Shown here: positions 16,909-24,218 of the stretch, piece by piece
Position numbering within the stretch: position 1 is the stretch's first letter
Layout of the letters: each line of letters opens with the position of its first letter
IMG/VR virus record: IMGVR_UViG_3300049924_000080
Coordinates: 1 to 24,218 of that record
Direction: 5' to 3' (one strand)
Length of the DNA: 24,218 bases
DNA from: a virus
Lineage: Duplodnaviria; Caudoviricetes
The notes under the pieces: generated by a model
What the model was told of the DNA's origin: nothing
Databases searched by the model: none
What the model saw: the letters and a program-made list of their open reading frames with translations, nothing else
Position numbers and translations under genes: made by a program

Positions 16909-17907
16909 TTAAACAACGAGGGCTTCGTCGGCAGCGAGAGCATCAACACGCTTGACGGGAACGCCGTCGAAGGTGACAACACGCTTACCAGCGACTGTTT
17001 CCATCGTAAGAGTGGAGTTCAGTGTCTTGTTTGCAATCTGCCGACGAAGCATGCTGCGGATCAGACGGCTGCAATAGAAGACAGGGCGGCCCATTGTGGT
17101 GGACTGCACTTGCTCCAGAGCCTGTGTCATCAAGTCGATGAGGTCAGAGCCGGAAGCTGCGTTCTTCGTCAATGCAGACTTGTCGATGTTGCAGATGCGC
17201 ACGATATAGCGCCAGTCACGGACTGAGAGGCCGCAATCCCAACGGTAATGAGTGCGGTACGCTTCCATACGGCCCTGCGATCCATCAACGTTTTCGATTG
17301 TGACTTGCCCCTTGTCAGTGACTTGGAAGCCAGCCTTCGAGCCCTTGGGGATAATCCCGTGGACTGAGTGATCGCCCCAAACAACAAGCCAGATCGATGT
17401 GTTATCGGTGCCAGCCCCATCAGACTTGATGATGTTTTCGCCGTTTGCAGCGGTCGTGGAGTTGAAGCGAGGAACGAGGCCGGTAAATTCTTCCGGTGCC
17501 GTTGCTTCATTCGAGTAGAAAATCGCACGGGCGAGTTTCTGGTTCATGCCTTCAAGATGCACACGATCCTCGGAGAGGCGGAAAGCAGCAGCGTTGCTGG
17601 ACAAGTCCGCGAGGGCCTTGTCAACTTCGGCGTAGGCTTCAAGCATACCGCAAGAGTCAGTGACTTGCAATGTGCGGCCCTTGTTGGGCTGGACACCGCC
17701 GTAGAGTTTGCGCCACGTTGGTTCAGGGATACCCGAACGAATTGTGGTGCGATGGCCTGTTGGGAGGTTGCCCTCTGTCCAAACCATGTCCTCGAGGATT
17801 TCGTTCTGCATGTCGAGGATTTCGACGACATCAGCGATAGCCCCATTAGGGTCAGAGATTTTAGCCAAGTCCAGTAGAGTTGGCCATTTAGTAGCGAGAG
17901 TAGCCAT
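16909..17907 (-). CDS. Major capsid protein (BPP-1 Bbp17-like), 332 aa
   Basis: PTLLD, NEILED..W.EGN..TGH...IR.G.P...WR, TSIWLVVWG, GL.VRDWRY.VRI.NID and F.GVP...VDA motifs. Confidence 0.95.
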   Translation of the reverse strand: MATLATKWPTLLDLAKISDPNGAIADVVEILDMQNEILEDMVWTEGNLPTGHRTTIRSGIPEPTWRKLYGGVQPNKGRTLQVTDSCGMLEAYAEVDKALADLSSNAAAFRLSEDRVHLEGMNQKLARAIFYSNEATAPEEFTGLVPRFNSTTAANGENIIKSDGAGTDNTSIWLVVWGDHSVHGIIPKGSKAGFQVTDKGQVTIENVDGSQGRMEAYRTHYRWDCGLSVRDWRYIVRICNIDKSALTKNAASGSDLIDLMTQALEQVQSTTMGRPVFYCSRLIRSMLRRQIANKTLNSTLTMETVAGKRVVTFDGVPVKRVDALAADEALVV

Positions 17908-17916
17908 TTTGTTTCC

Positions 17917-18513
17917 TTATTTCATTGTTGGGTACATGCGGTTTTCAACTGACTTCTGACTGTCAACTGGAGACGGCGCGGGAACGTAGCCAGGCTCAAC
18001 GACAGCAGCAGCAAGTTTGGCAAACATGCGAACAACGTGAGGGTTGTTGCCTGCGCCAGTTAGATCGAGTGCTGCTCGGACTTCGGGCGAACCGTACTTG
18101 TCCAGCATTTGCCCGATTGCAGGTTCATGCTTTGACCAAGCCTGACCGCCGAGTTCGGGGTCAGCATTGATCTCGTCAGTCCACTGCTTTTGCATATCTT
18201 CCCATGCCCGACTACCCGCTTCCGAGTTCGATTGCATAGATTTTAACTGCAAAGCTACGATTTCATCCACCGCTTCACGAGGGATGTTATGTTTGTTCAC
18301 AAGCTCAACAAAAGGAGTTGCCAGCCCTTCATCAATGGCAACACCATCAGGCAGCTTCAAGTCCGTCAAAGCAAACGCTGGCGGAGCGGTTGATCCGTCA
18401 GGTCCAGGCAAAGGCTCAGAGGGCTGAACCTGTGGTGTCAGGGCTGGCGGTGTCGGGCTCGGAGGCGTAGCTGTGATCGGAGGCGTCACTGGTGTCGTCA
18501 CTGGTTCGGGCAT
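17917..18513 (-). CDS. Capsid scaffolding/assembly protein, 198 aa
   Basis: Pro/Thr-rich N-terminus, LKLPDG, W...I.ADPELGG and L..TGAGNNP.VVR.F motifs; C-terminal RMYPTM; directly upstream of the capsid gene. Confidence 0.82.
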   Translation of the reverse strand: MPEPVTTPVTPPITATPPSPTPPALTPQVQPSEPLPGPDGSTAPPAFALTDLKLPDGVAIDEGLATPFVELVNKHNIPREAVDEIVALQLKSMQSNSEAGSRAWEDMQKQWTDEINADPELGGQAWSKHEPAIGQMLDKYGSPEVRAALDLTGAGNNPHVVRMFAKLAAAVVEPGYVPAPSPVDSQKSVENRMYPTMK

Positions 18514-18799
18514 TGAGGTCTTCCTTCTGTTGATCCTCTAGGATTTGAAAATATCCCTTTGGAGCTGCTTTTAATACGTGTAATTCGATTTGCTTCGAGA
18601 CATTCGCCTCGCCGCAGCGGAATGAAGTGGCAAGAGCGTTTCCTGCGAAAGGGTTATCATTCGGCCTACCGAGGCCCATAACCCAAGCAAGATACTCTCG
18701 CCCCTGCACGGTGGTAACTGCGGCTTTAACGAAGTCATCACGAGCGAGCTGCGCCTGTCGCGCTTTGCTCTGAAGCCTCTTTGCAGTTTTGTCATCCAT
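18416..18799 (-). CDS. Bbp19-like head-region protein (start probably ATG 18799; 18811 is an alternative)
   Basis: T..GRE.L.W....G...NPF.GNAL.TSF..GE motif typical of the gene between portal and scaffold in this phage group. Confidence 0.75.
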   Translation of the reverse strand: MDDKTAKRLQSKARQAQLARDDFVKAAVTTVQGREYLAWVMGLGRPNDNPFAGNALATSFRCGEANVSKQIELHVLKAAPKGYFQILEDQQKEDLNARTSDDTSDASDHSYASEPDTASPDTTGSAL

Positions 18800-18835
18800 A
18801 TCCAAACCCATACCACATTTTACGAGAAGACACAA
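18800..18835 (-). promoter_or_regulatory. Putative sigma70-type promoter TTGTGT-N17-(TG)TATGGG upstream of the Bbp19-like/scaffold/capsid genes
   Basis: -35 at 18830-18835, 17-nt spacer ending TGTGG, -10 at 18807-18812. It lies in the portal/Bbp19 gap and shares TGTGGTAT with the terS element. Confidence 0.4.
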
Positions 18836-18843
18836 GAGCCATA

Positions 18844-20508
18844 TCAACTGCCTCCAAGCATAGCGGCGAGGGCATTAGCGCCTCCGCCGACATCAGTTTC
18901 AGAAAGGAGCTTTGCGCTCTGCGCCACAGGTTGAGCCATAGCTGCGGCTTGCTGTCCGGCTTCTGCCTCTTGGGCAGCTTGACGGCGCTCAGCCACTTGG
19001 TCACGAGAGCGAAGACCCTTCGCCTTCACCCCGATATCACGCGCGTAGTCTCTGACGAGTTCATCTTCATCTGGTAGGTCACGAACTCCAGGGAAGATTT
19101 CAGCGAGGTTACCAACCAATTGCAAGAGGCGCTCAGTTGGAGCAACTCGGACCGCAGTTTGAGCCGCAGCAAGAATGGATACAAACTGGATTTCGATGTC
19201 CATGTTAGCGATCGACTCTGGTGCTTCCGGTAACAGCCCTTGCCTTTCCATGATGGCGAAGACACGACGAAGGGCGGGGGAAAGGGCTTCATTGTGGAAC
19301 CTCTCAAGGACAGGGCCAAGTTGGATTAGTTTTTCTTCGCGCCGAGCGTCGATCTCTGTTGCCGTTCGCACCGTTTCCAGCTGCGATATCATCTGGAACA
19401 GGTCATTGTGGAACGTGTTCTGGATGCGAAACTGAATGTCTTTCAGATCGGCGGAGATTTCGCCCAAAGGCGGAGCCACCTGAAAGATCGGCTTAATGCC
19501 GATGGCCGACTGGCCTGGGACGAAAGTTGTCGAGCCTGGAAGAATTGAAGGAGGCCTACTTTGCAGCGCCGCATCCATTTGCATAGGCGGGCGCACGATG
19601 TAGTCGAGGGCTTGCGCCTTACGGCGAGTTTCATGCTGAAGCTGGATCACATCACCAAGGGCGTCCATGCCTGGGCACGTGCCGTAAGCATCGTTACCAG
19701 TCAACTCCCACCGAGGGAAAATGCCAGGCAATTCATAGTATCCCCTCACGTCGAGGACATAGTCCTTTTCGTTTCCGGCAACTTCCCAGTAAACCTCCCG
19801 ATATTTGAAATCCTTCGAGAGGGCGTATTTACGATCAGCGTTAGGCTCAATCATGTGGCCGACAGTGACGGTATCGAGAAGCGAAGCGCCGCCCTGCTTG
19901 TATTTGAGTTTCGTGCTTTCGCAGACGTTCTCAATCCCCCAGCGGGACACGAGTTGTTCAACGGTGTAGACGAACTCACGAGCGAAACGGTTCACCGCAA
20001 GGCGATCGTCCATGCCGAGGTAATACTCCCCGAGGGCAGAGTTGTAACAACGGATCACAGACTCGCGATCCTCGTAAAGAAGCATTGCGCCTGTGCCGAA
20101 CACCACGAGGTCGATGTAGAGTACCGCCATCGTGTTGTAGAAATTACTCTCTGCGAGGATTTGCAGCATCCGGCGAGTCACCTCGTCAAGCCACACGACA
20201 GCCTCATGATCGAGGTCATCGTCTACGCCAGGGATACGCAAGCGCACCCATGGACTCGAGGGGGAGGTGATCCCGTTCATCATGCCCGCAGCAAGTACTC
20301 GGGCGGCACGAGTGCCTGTGCCATCGAGGATTGTTGAGTTCTTTCCGACGTAGTTCTTCCGCTCGTTGGAAGAGGTAAGCCAGAGGTACCGCTTGGGAAT
20401 ATAATATTCCGCAAGCTCGCGCCAAGCATGCCACCATGGAAGTCGTTCCCGCCGCAGTGCCGAAAAGGCACCGTCAAGCGATTGACGTGCGGCGAGGTTT
20501 ACTTTCAT
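18844..20508 (-). CDS. Portal / head-to-tail connector (T7 gp8, Bbp21-like), 554 aa
   Basis: LAAGMM.G.TSP..PW, SNFY, DLVVFGTG, RW......YG..PG..ALGD...LQ and TATEI..R.EEK...LGPVLER motifs; SD GGAGG. Confidence 0.95.
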   Translation of the reverse strand: MKVNLAARQSLDGAFSALRRERLPWWHAWRELAEYYIPKRYLWLTSSNERKNYVGKNSTILDGTGTRAARVLAAGMMNGITSPSSPWVRLRIPGVDDDLDHEAVVWLDEVTRRMLQILAESNFYNTMAVLYIDLVVFGTGAMLLYEDRESVIRCYNSALGEYYLGMDDRLAVNRFAREFVYTVEQLVSRWGIENVCESTKLKYKQGGASLLDTVTVGHMIEPNADRKYALSKDFKYREVYWEVAGNEKDYVLDVRGYYELPGIFPRWELTGNDAYGTCPGMDALGDVIQLQHETRRKAQALDYIVRPPMQMDAALQSRPPSILPGSTTFVPGQSAIGIKPIFQVAPPLGEISADLKDIQFRIQNTFHNDLFQMISQLETVRTATEIDARREEKLIQLGPVLERFHNEALSPALRRVFAIMERQGLLPEAPESIANMDIEIQFVSILAAAQTAVRVAPTERLLQLVGNLAEIFPGVRDLPDEDELVRDYARDIGVKAKGLRSRDQVAERRQAAQEAEAGQQAAAMAQPVAQSAKLLSETDVGGGANALAAMLGGS

Positions 20509-20687
20509 CGAACGCCTCCCAAGAGAGTCTTTTTAACGGTTGAGGCCTTGCGCGCTAAACCGGTAGGGGTAGTTGAAACGAGGGACTTATAAGCGGAAGA
20601 AGTTTCTTCTGGAGGAGCGACAGCAGCCGTGTCAATAGGTGATTGCGGCAACTTGGGTTTTGGGGGGTCTTTAATTTTCGGCGTCAT
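20505..20687 (-). CDS. Small Pro-rich virion assembly protein, 60 aa
   Basis: TAATG and ATGA overlaps at its ends; C-terminal T.P.GL...KKTLLG is typical of the small gene preceding the portal in BPP-1/T7-like phages. Confidence 0.75.
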   Translation of the reverse strand: MTPKIKDPPKPKLPQSPIDTAAVAPPEETSSAYKSLVSTTPTGLARKASTVKKTLLGGVR

Positions 20688-22177
20688 TAGAAAAGTTCCT
20701 TTGCAAAAGGGTTGTAGTCAGGGGTGATGGGCGGCGGCATCATGCTTCGTTCGTCTTCTGAAGGATGGTAAACTTCAAATGCGAACGTACATGCGAGCGC
20801 ATCGGCGATGTTTGTAGACTTAACGCCTCGAGCCCGCATGGTTTTTTTAGACTCAAGAAGGATTTTTTCCTGCGGCATGTCGTAGGTTGGGGAGGTGAGT
20901 TCTTCCACGAGGGTCATGTCAGAGCCGTGAATGCGCGCAGGGATAGAGCCAATGCCGAGCCAAGTTCGCATCCGGCCCCAAATCTCAGCTCGCTTGTTCG
21001 CATACTTCGTGCCATCGTTGGCGTCAGCGCCATCAGGCTTTGAGCCGAAGTCAACTTCGAGGACGGGGATTTGAAGCTGGCGCAGGCGATCCACAACACC
21101 ACCGCCTACACCGCCCGAGTCAACCATCACGGAGCTAGCGCGAAGCCGAAGGAAAGTCGAGGCCACAACGGCGGCTGTCTTCATCGTATCTGCGCCGTAG
21201 AGGATTTCTACAGGGAAGCTAACGCCATCGCGCCCCTTGCGCGGATAGATCACTGAGGGATCATCACCGAAGCGGCCTACGTCCACGCCTATGATTATGG
21301 CGTCGGCTGAGGCCACCACTGTTCGGGAGGTCGCTGACATTGCAAGCTCGTAACCGATGAATGACTCAGCATCCACCCGAGGAAAAACACCGCGTACACG
21401 AACGCGAACAAAGTCAGAGTCTTCACCATAGTCTTTAATCCACTCGTTGATTTGAGACTTATTTGTGAGGGAGACTTCGCGTGAGTCAACTTGGATCGTG
21501 GACCAACGAGCGGCGAAGCGCCCACCAAAGAAGCACTCACGGAAGCGGCCTTTGTTTCGAGTAGGGTTGCCGAAGACCGCCCAAATGATTTCAGTGCCCT
21601 CGTCGGTCAGCGCGCCCTCGGAGACTTCCCAAATGACATCGGGAATGGCGGAGGCCTCATCGAATACGAGGAGTATCCGCTTGCCCTTGTTGTGGAGTCC
21701 GGCGAAGGCTTCGGTGTTCCGCTCGGACCACGGCACCAGGTCCACTCGCCAAGTGTCCTTGTGGGCAGGATCGCGGGAGCACAGCTTTGTCGCCGTCATC
21801 TCGAAGAGTTCATTTCCGATGAAGAGGCGGAACCATTTGGCCAGCTGAGTCCAAGTCTTTGTCTTCAACTGAGTTTCGGTGTTCGCCGTTACGACTCCGA
21901 TGGTGTCCTCGAAAGTAGACACTCCCCAAAGGATTAACCAAGCCACAAGAGCGGATTTGCCGATGCCGTGGCCCGAGGTCGTTGCGAGGCGGATCGCTTG
22001 ATCGATTGTAAGTAGGCCATCTCGTAGTCGTGATAAGATCGTGACCTGCCAATCTTCCGGCCCAAGCGCCTTCTCTAATTCGGTTCCTGGGACTCCCCAA
22101 GGGAAGGCGAAGAGGACGAAGGCGAGAGGATCGTGAGCGTAAAGGGCGAGTTCCTCGATGATAGCGTCGTTACTCAT
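20687..22177 (-). CDS. terL: Terminase large subunit (start revised to ATG 22177)
   Basis: Walker A SGHGIGKS, Walker B LLVFDEAS, coupling motif FGNP, RNase H-like nuclease IGVDVGRFGDD...VD..GVG...ADALA; GAGGG SD before ATG 22177. Confidence 0.96.
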   Translation of the reverse strand: MSNDAIIEELALYAHDPLAFVLFAFPWGVPGTELEKALGPEDWQVTILSRLRDGLLTIDQAIRLATTSGHGIGKSALVAWLILWGVSTFEDTIGVVTANTETQLKTKTWTQLAKWFRLFIGNELFEMTATKLCSRDPAHKDTWRVDLVPWSERNTEAFAGLHNKGKRILLVFDEASAIPDVIWEVSEGALTDEGTEIIWAVFGNPTRNKGRFRECFFGGRFAARWSTIQVDSREVSLTNKSQINEWIKDYGEDSDFVRVRVRGVFPRVDAESFIGYELAMSATSRTVVASADAIIIGVDVGRFGDDPSVIYPRKGRDGVSFPVEILYGADTMKTAAVVASTFLRLRASSVMVDSGGVGGGVVDRLRQLQIPVLEVDFGSKPDGADANDGTKYANKRAEIWGRMRTWLGIGSIPARIHGSDMTLVEELTSPTYDMPQEKILLESKKTMRARGVKSTNIADALACTFAFEVYHPSEDERSMMPPPITPDYNPFAKELF

Positions 22178-22751
22178 TGATGACCCTCGCTTCGAGGAGT
22201 CGGGCCTCAAGGGCGCGTTTACGCGCAGCCTGCAAGCGGTCGGAAATCGACACGTTCACGTTGGACTCAACCGTCGAGGACGGCCCGTTGCCTGAACGAT
22301 CGGCAAGGACAGCGAAAGCCTGCAGAAGTAGTGAGTTGCTGAACTCTGTGTCTTCGGTCGGGTTCTCCAGCCGCTCAGAGATTTCATCCAGAATGTCTGA
22401 GGACACAGCGGCGGCCTTCTCGTAGACCGTCTGGTAAGCGAGGTCACGGTCCTCTTGATAATGCGAGATCAGGTGCTTCATCGCCGGATCGTTCTTGAGG
22501 ATCGAAATGCGGGACGGAGTATAGCCTGTGATGATGGCGGCTTCCCAGTCGGGCTTGCCCGCAGCAAGAACCCTCGCAAGATTTCTATGACGCTCGGACA
22601 GTCGCTTCACTGCGGATAGAGCCTGAGGCTTCTGCGTTCCGCGTTCCTTCGTCAGCTCTTCGAGATCGGATACCGAGAGCGGGCGAGCGACTTCCCAGTA
22701 GACTGGTATTTCCTTGCGGCCAATTGTGGCTATGTCGAGTCCGAGCGTCAT
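22170..22751 (-). CDS. terS: Terminase small subunit-like HTH protein, 193 aa (start revised to ATG 22751)
   Basis: HTH-like segment LSERHRNLARVLAAG...EAAIITGYTPSRISIL; C-terminal V..NV.ISDRLQAARKR; overlaps the terL start. Confidence 0.7.
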   Translation of the reverse strand: MTLGLDIATIGRKEIPVYWEVARPLSVSDLEELTKERGTQKPQALSAVKRLSERHRNLARVLAAGKPDWEAAIITGYTPSRISILKNDPAMKHLISHYQEDRDLAYQTVYEKAAAVSSDILDEISERLENPTEDTEFSNSLLLQAFAVLADRSGNGPSSTVESNVNVSISDRLQAARKRALEARLLEARVINE

Positions 22752-22786
22752 GGTGAGGAAATACCACAAATCTGATGGCGTGTCAA
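22752..22786 (-). promoter_or_regulatory. Putative sigma70 promoter TTGACA-N17-(TG)TATTTC for the terS/late operon
   Basis: Perfect -35 TTGACA (22781-22786), 17-nt spacer, extended -10 TG, -10 at 22758-22763; intergenic. Confidence 0.6.
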
Positions 22787-22818
22787 TATGGATGCTTTAC
22801 GCGGTGAAGTAACCATAT
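22786..22818. repeat. 33-bp imperfect inverted repeat
   Basis: ATATGG-A-TGCTTTAC-GCG-GTGAAGTA-A-CCATAT. Confidence 0.65.
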
Positions 22819-22824
22819 CGAACC

Positions 22825-23172
22825 TCACGCTCCCGTTGCCGCATAGAAACAGATGAAGCGCACGGCGTTCGAGCAGCCGTGATGTTGGCCGTCTTTACTA
22901 TCCTTCACCTTGTTCCACGGCACAACGAGGTCCACGAGAAATCCAAGTGAGCCGCGATACCGCAAACGGTAGCCCTCGGGAACCATCGTGACTGCGGCGA
23001 AAGGGAGAGGCTCACAGTCCTGCTTGTTGCAGCAATCATCCTCGTACCAATGCGGTGCAGGGCTTCCTTTCGGATGGCCCAAGCCTTTTGGTATTTCCTC
23101 AGCCTGAACGATGACAGCCAGAAGGCACAGCAGTGTTAGCCCAATCAACACAGCTTCGACGTATTTAATCAT
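22825..23172 (-). CDS. Secreted Cys/His-rich hypothetical protein, 115 aa
   Basis: Sec-type signal peptide ending VQA|EE; mature motif HWY...CC....DC...DG.HH.C......C.Y; ATGA coupling to the upstream gene. Confidence 0.8.
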   Translation of the reverse strand: MIKYVEAVLIGLTLLCLLAVIVQAEEIPKGLGHPKGSPAPHWYEDDCCNKQDCEPLPFAAVTMVPEGYRLRYRGSLGFLVDLVVPWNKVKDSKDGQHHGCSNAVRFICFYAATGA

Positions 23173-23453
23173 GGCATGTCTACCTTCTGGTTTCTTTCGC
23201 TGAGGCTCCGGATGGCATTTTTAATCTCCGTGATGCCCTCGGCGATATAGTTCATCCGCTGCTCTACAACGACGATGCGGCTCTCCTGATTGTCCCGAGC
23301 AATCACCACTCGCTCGAGAGCGGTTATTCGCCCGTCGGTCTCGGCTCGCCAAGTCGCCCCAACCACTACGAAGAATAGAGTTTGACAGGCCAACGTGAAG
23401 ATAATCGCGAGGGGAACCGTCTTGTCCAAGTGCCATTTAGTGTCTTCTTTCAT
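23169..23453 (-). CDS. Single-TM coiled-coil hypothetical protein, 94 aa
   Basis: SD AGAGG; WHLDK.VP followed by a TM helix (LAIIFTLACQTLFFVVVGA) and heptad repeats. Confidence 0.8.
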   Translation of the reverse strand: MKEDTKWHLDKTVPLAIIFTLACQTLFFVVVGATWRAETDGRITALERVVIARDNQESRIVVVEQRMNYIAEGITEIKNAIRSLSERNQKVDMP

Positions 23454-23463
23454 TTAAACCTCT

Positions 23464-24216
23464 TTATGGTGCGATGTAATAGCCAGCCGTCGCACGCCAG
23501 ATGACGCCTGTGGTAGCTGGGCATACGATTGTTGTGTTAGTGTTTTGGGCCGTGGTCATTAATGGATAAACGAAGTCTTCTTGCAAAAGGAACAGAGCGC
23601 CAAGCGCGGCCGCATCCGCTGGGAAAGTGAATGCAAGGCTCGTGGGAATGTTGGTTGTGGTTACGATTACAGGCGTGGCGGAAGCGGTTAGCACTGCTGC
23701 AGCATAGCGGGCAATCTTGATGTAGGTGAGATAATGCCGGAGGCCTGCGCCAGGCGCTGCAAGCGTCAGTGTTACGGCAGCACCTGAGGCACCTGTATTT
23801 GTGCCCACGTCTGTAGTGATCATGCCATCGAGGGACTGATCAAGGGGAATCGAGCTGGCGGCAATCGTCGCAGTGCAAGCGCCGGAAGTATAGGCCGTAC
23901 AACGAATACGGACTGATTTATAACCGGCGCAAGCCCCTGCCCACACACCTGCGACAGCGCCAGTGATTGCAGCAACATATCGCTTCAGCGCTTGGTTGAT
24001 TGGCCGCATCGGTATAGGCGTCCAGTTCGTTCCGTCCACTGTGCCGGAGACTTCCAGTGTCATGGAAAACGTACCACGAAGGTCCACCATGACGGCAGAG
24101 CTGCTGTCAGAGGGGAGGACAATTTCCGCGTTAGCCGCGCCGAGGGACGCGGTGGTGAATAACGTTTCCCTCGAGTGAAGGTTGCCTGCGGAATAGTCTT
24201 TGGAAAGTTTGGCCAT
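23464..24216 (-). CDS. Two-domain beta-sandwich protein, probable virion decoration/spike, 250 aa (true start may lie outside the window)
   Basis: Ala/Thr/Gly-rich beta pattern; GTF...LEVSGTVDGTNW and VRIRCTAYTSG jelly-roll-like motifs. Confidence 0.65.
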   Translation of the reverse strand: MAKLSKDYSAGNLHSRETLFTTASLGAANAEIVLPSDSSSAVMVDLRGTFSMTLEVSGTVDGTNWTPIPMRPINQALKRYVAAITGAVAGVWAGACAGYKSVRIRCTAYTSGACTATIAASSIPLDQSLDGMITTDVGTNTGASGAAVTLTLAAPGAGLRHYLTYIKIARYAAAVLTASATPVIVTTTNIPTSLAFTFPADAAALGALFLLQEDFVYPLMTTAQNTNTTIVCPATTGVIWRATAGYYIAP

Positions 24217-24218
24217 GA

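Noticed and set aside
19561-20337. 258-aa plus-strand ORF, and the many other plus-strand ORFs (e.g. 6453-7070, 7264-7818, 17368-17877)
   Set aside because: All lie antisense to well-supported phage genes, have no recognisable motifs, and are the expected shadow ORFs of codon-biased, GC-rich coding DNA.
20655-20667. Slippery-like heptamer C CCA AAA in the 60-aa gene, whose -1 frame is the portal frame
   Set aside because: The -1 frame hits TGA a few codons later (ATT GAC), so no fusion to the portal is possible; the run is explained by Pro-Pro-Lys-Pro codons.
20687-22177. Intein or intron in terL, portal or capsid; stop-codon reassignment
   Set aside because: These genes are uninterrupted and of ordinary length, and the standard code gives a dense, gap-free gene tiling.
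1-24218. tRNA, CRISPR array, integrase/att site, T7-type RNA polymerase promoters
   Set aside because: Intergenic gaps are too short for such RNA genes or arrays, and I saw no regularly spaced repeats or repeated ~23-bp promoter sequence by eye.

Overview
The window is a contiguous, tightly packed, entirely minus-strand late (morphogenesis and lysis) region of a tailed dsDNA podophage or prophage. Its head genes follow the Bordetella phage BPP-1 (Bbp21-Bbp13) layout and its tail and ejection genes are T7-like. In transcription order (right to left): a two-domain beta-sandwich protein, a TM/coiled-coil protein, a secreted Cys/His-rich protein, terS, terL, a small protein, portal, Bbp19-like protein, scaffold, major capsid, cement, small protein, tail adaptor, nozzle, GNAT-like gp13, three internal virion (ejection) proteins, tail fibre, fibre-associated proteins, M15 endolysin, holin candidate, i-spanin and a truncated o-spanin. 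I found no RNA genes, CRISPR array, integrase, reverse transcriptase or IS element. The most notable observations are: (i) an ejection protein carrying two adjacent peptidoglycan hydrolase domains (lysozyme-like plus Zn M15 peptidase) and a gapless 87-aa tandem duplication; (ii) two intergenic promoter-like elements with the same TTG-N17-TGTGGTAT architecture whose predicted +1 falls on or next to a start codon, suggesting leaderless late mRNAs, one abutting a 33-bp imperfect palindrome; (iii) an uncharacterised three-gene cassette upstream of terS. All family assignments come from motif recognition and synteny only; no searches were run.
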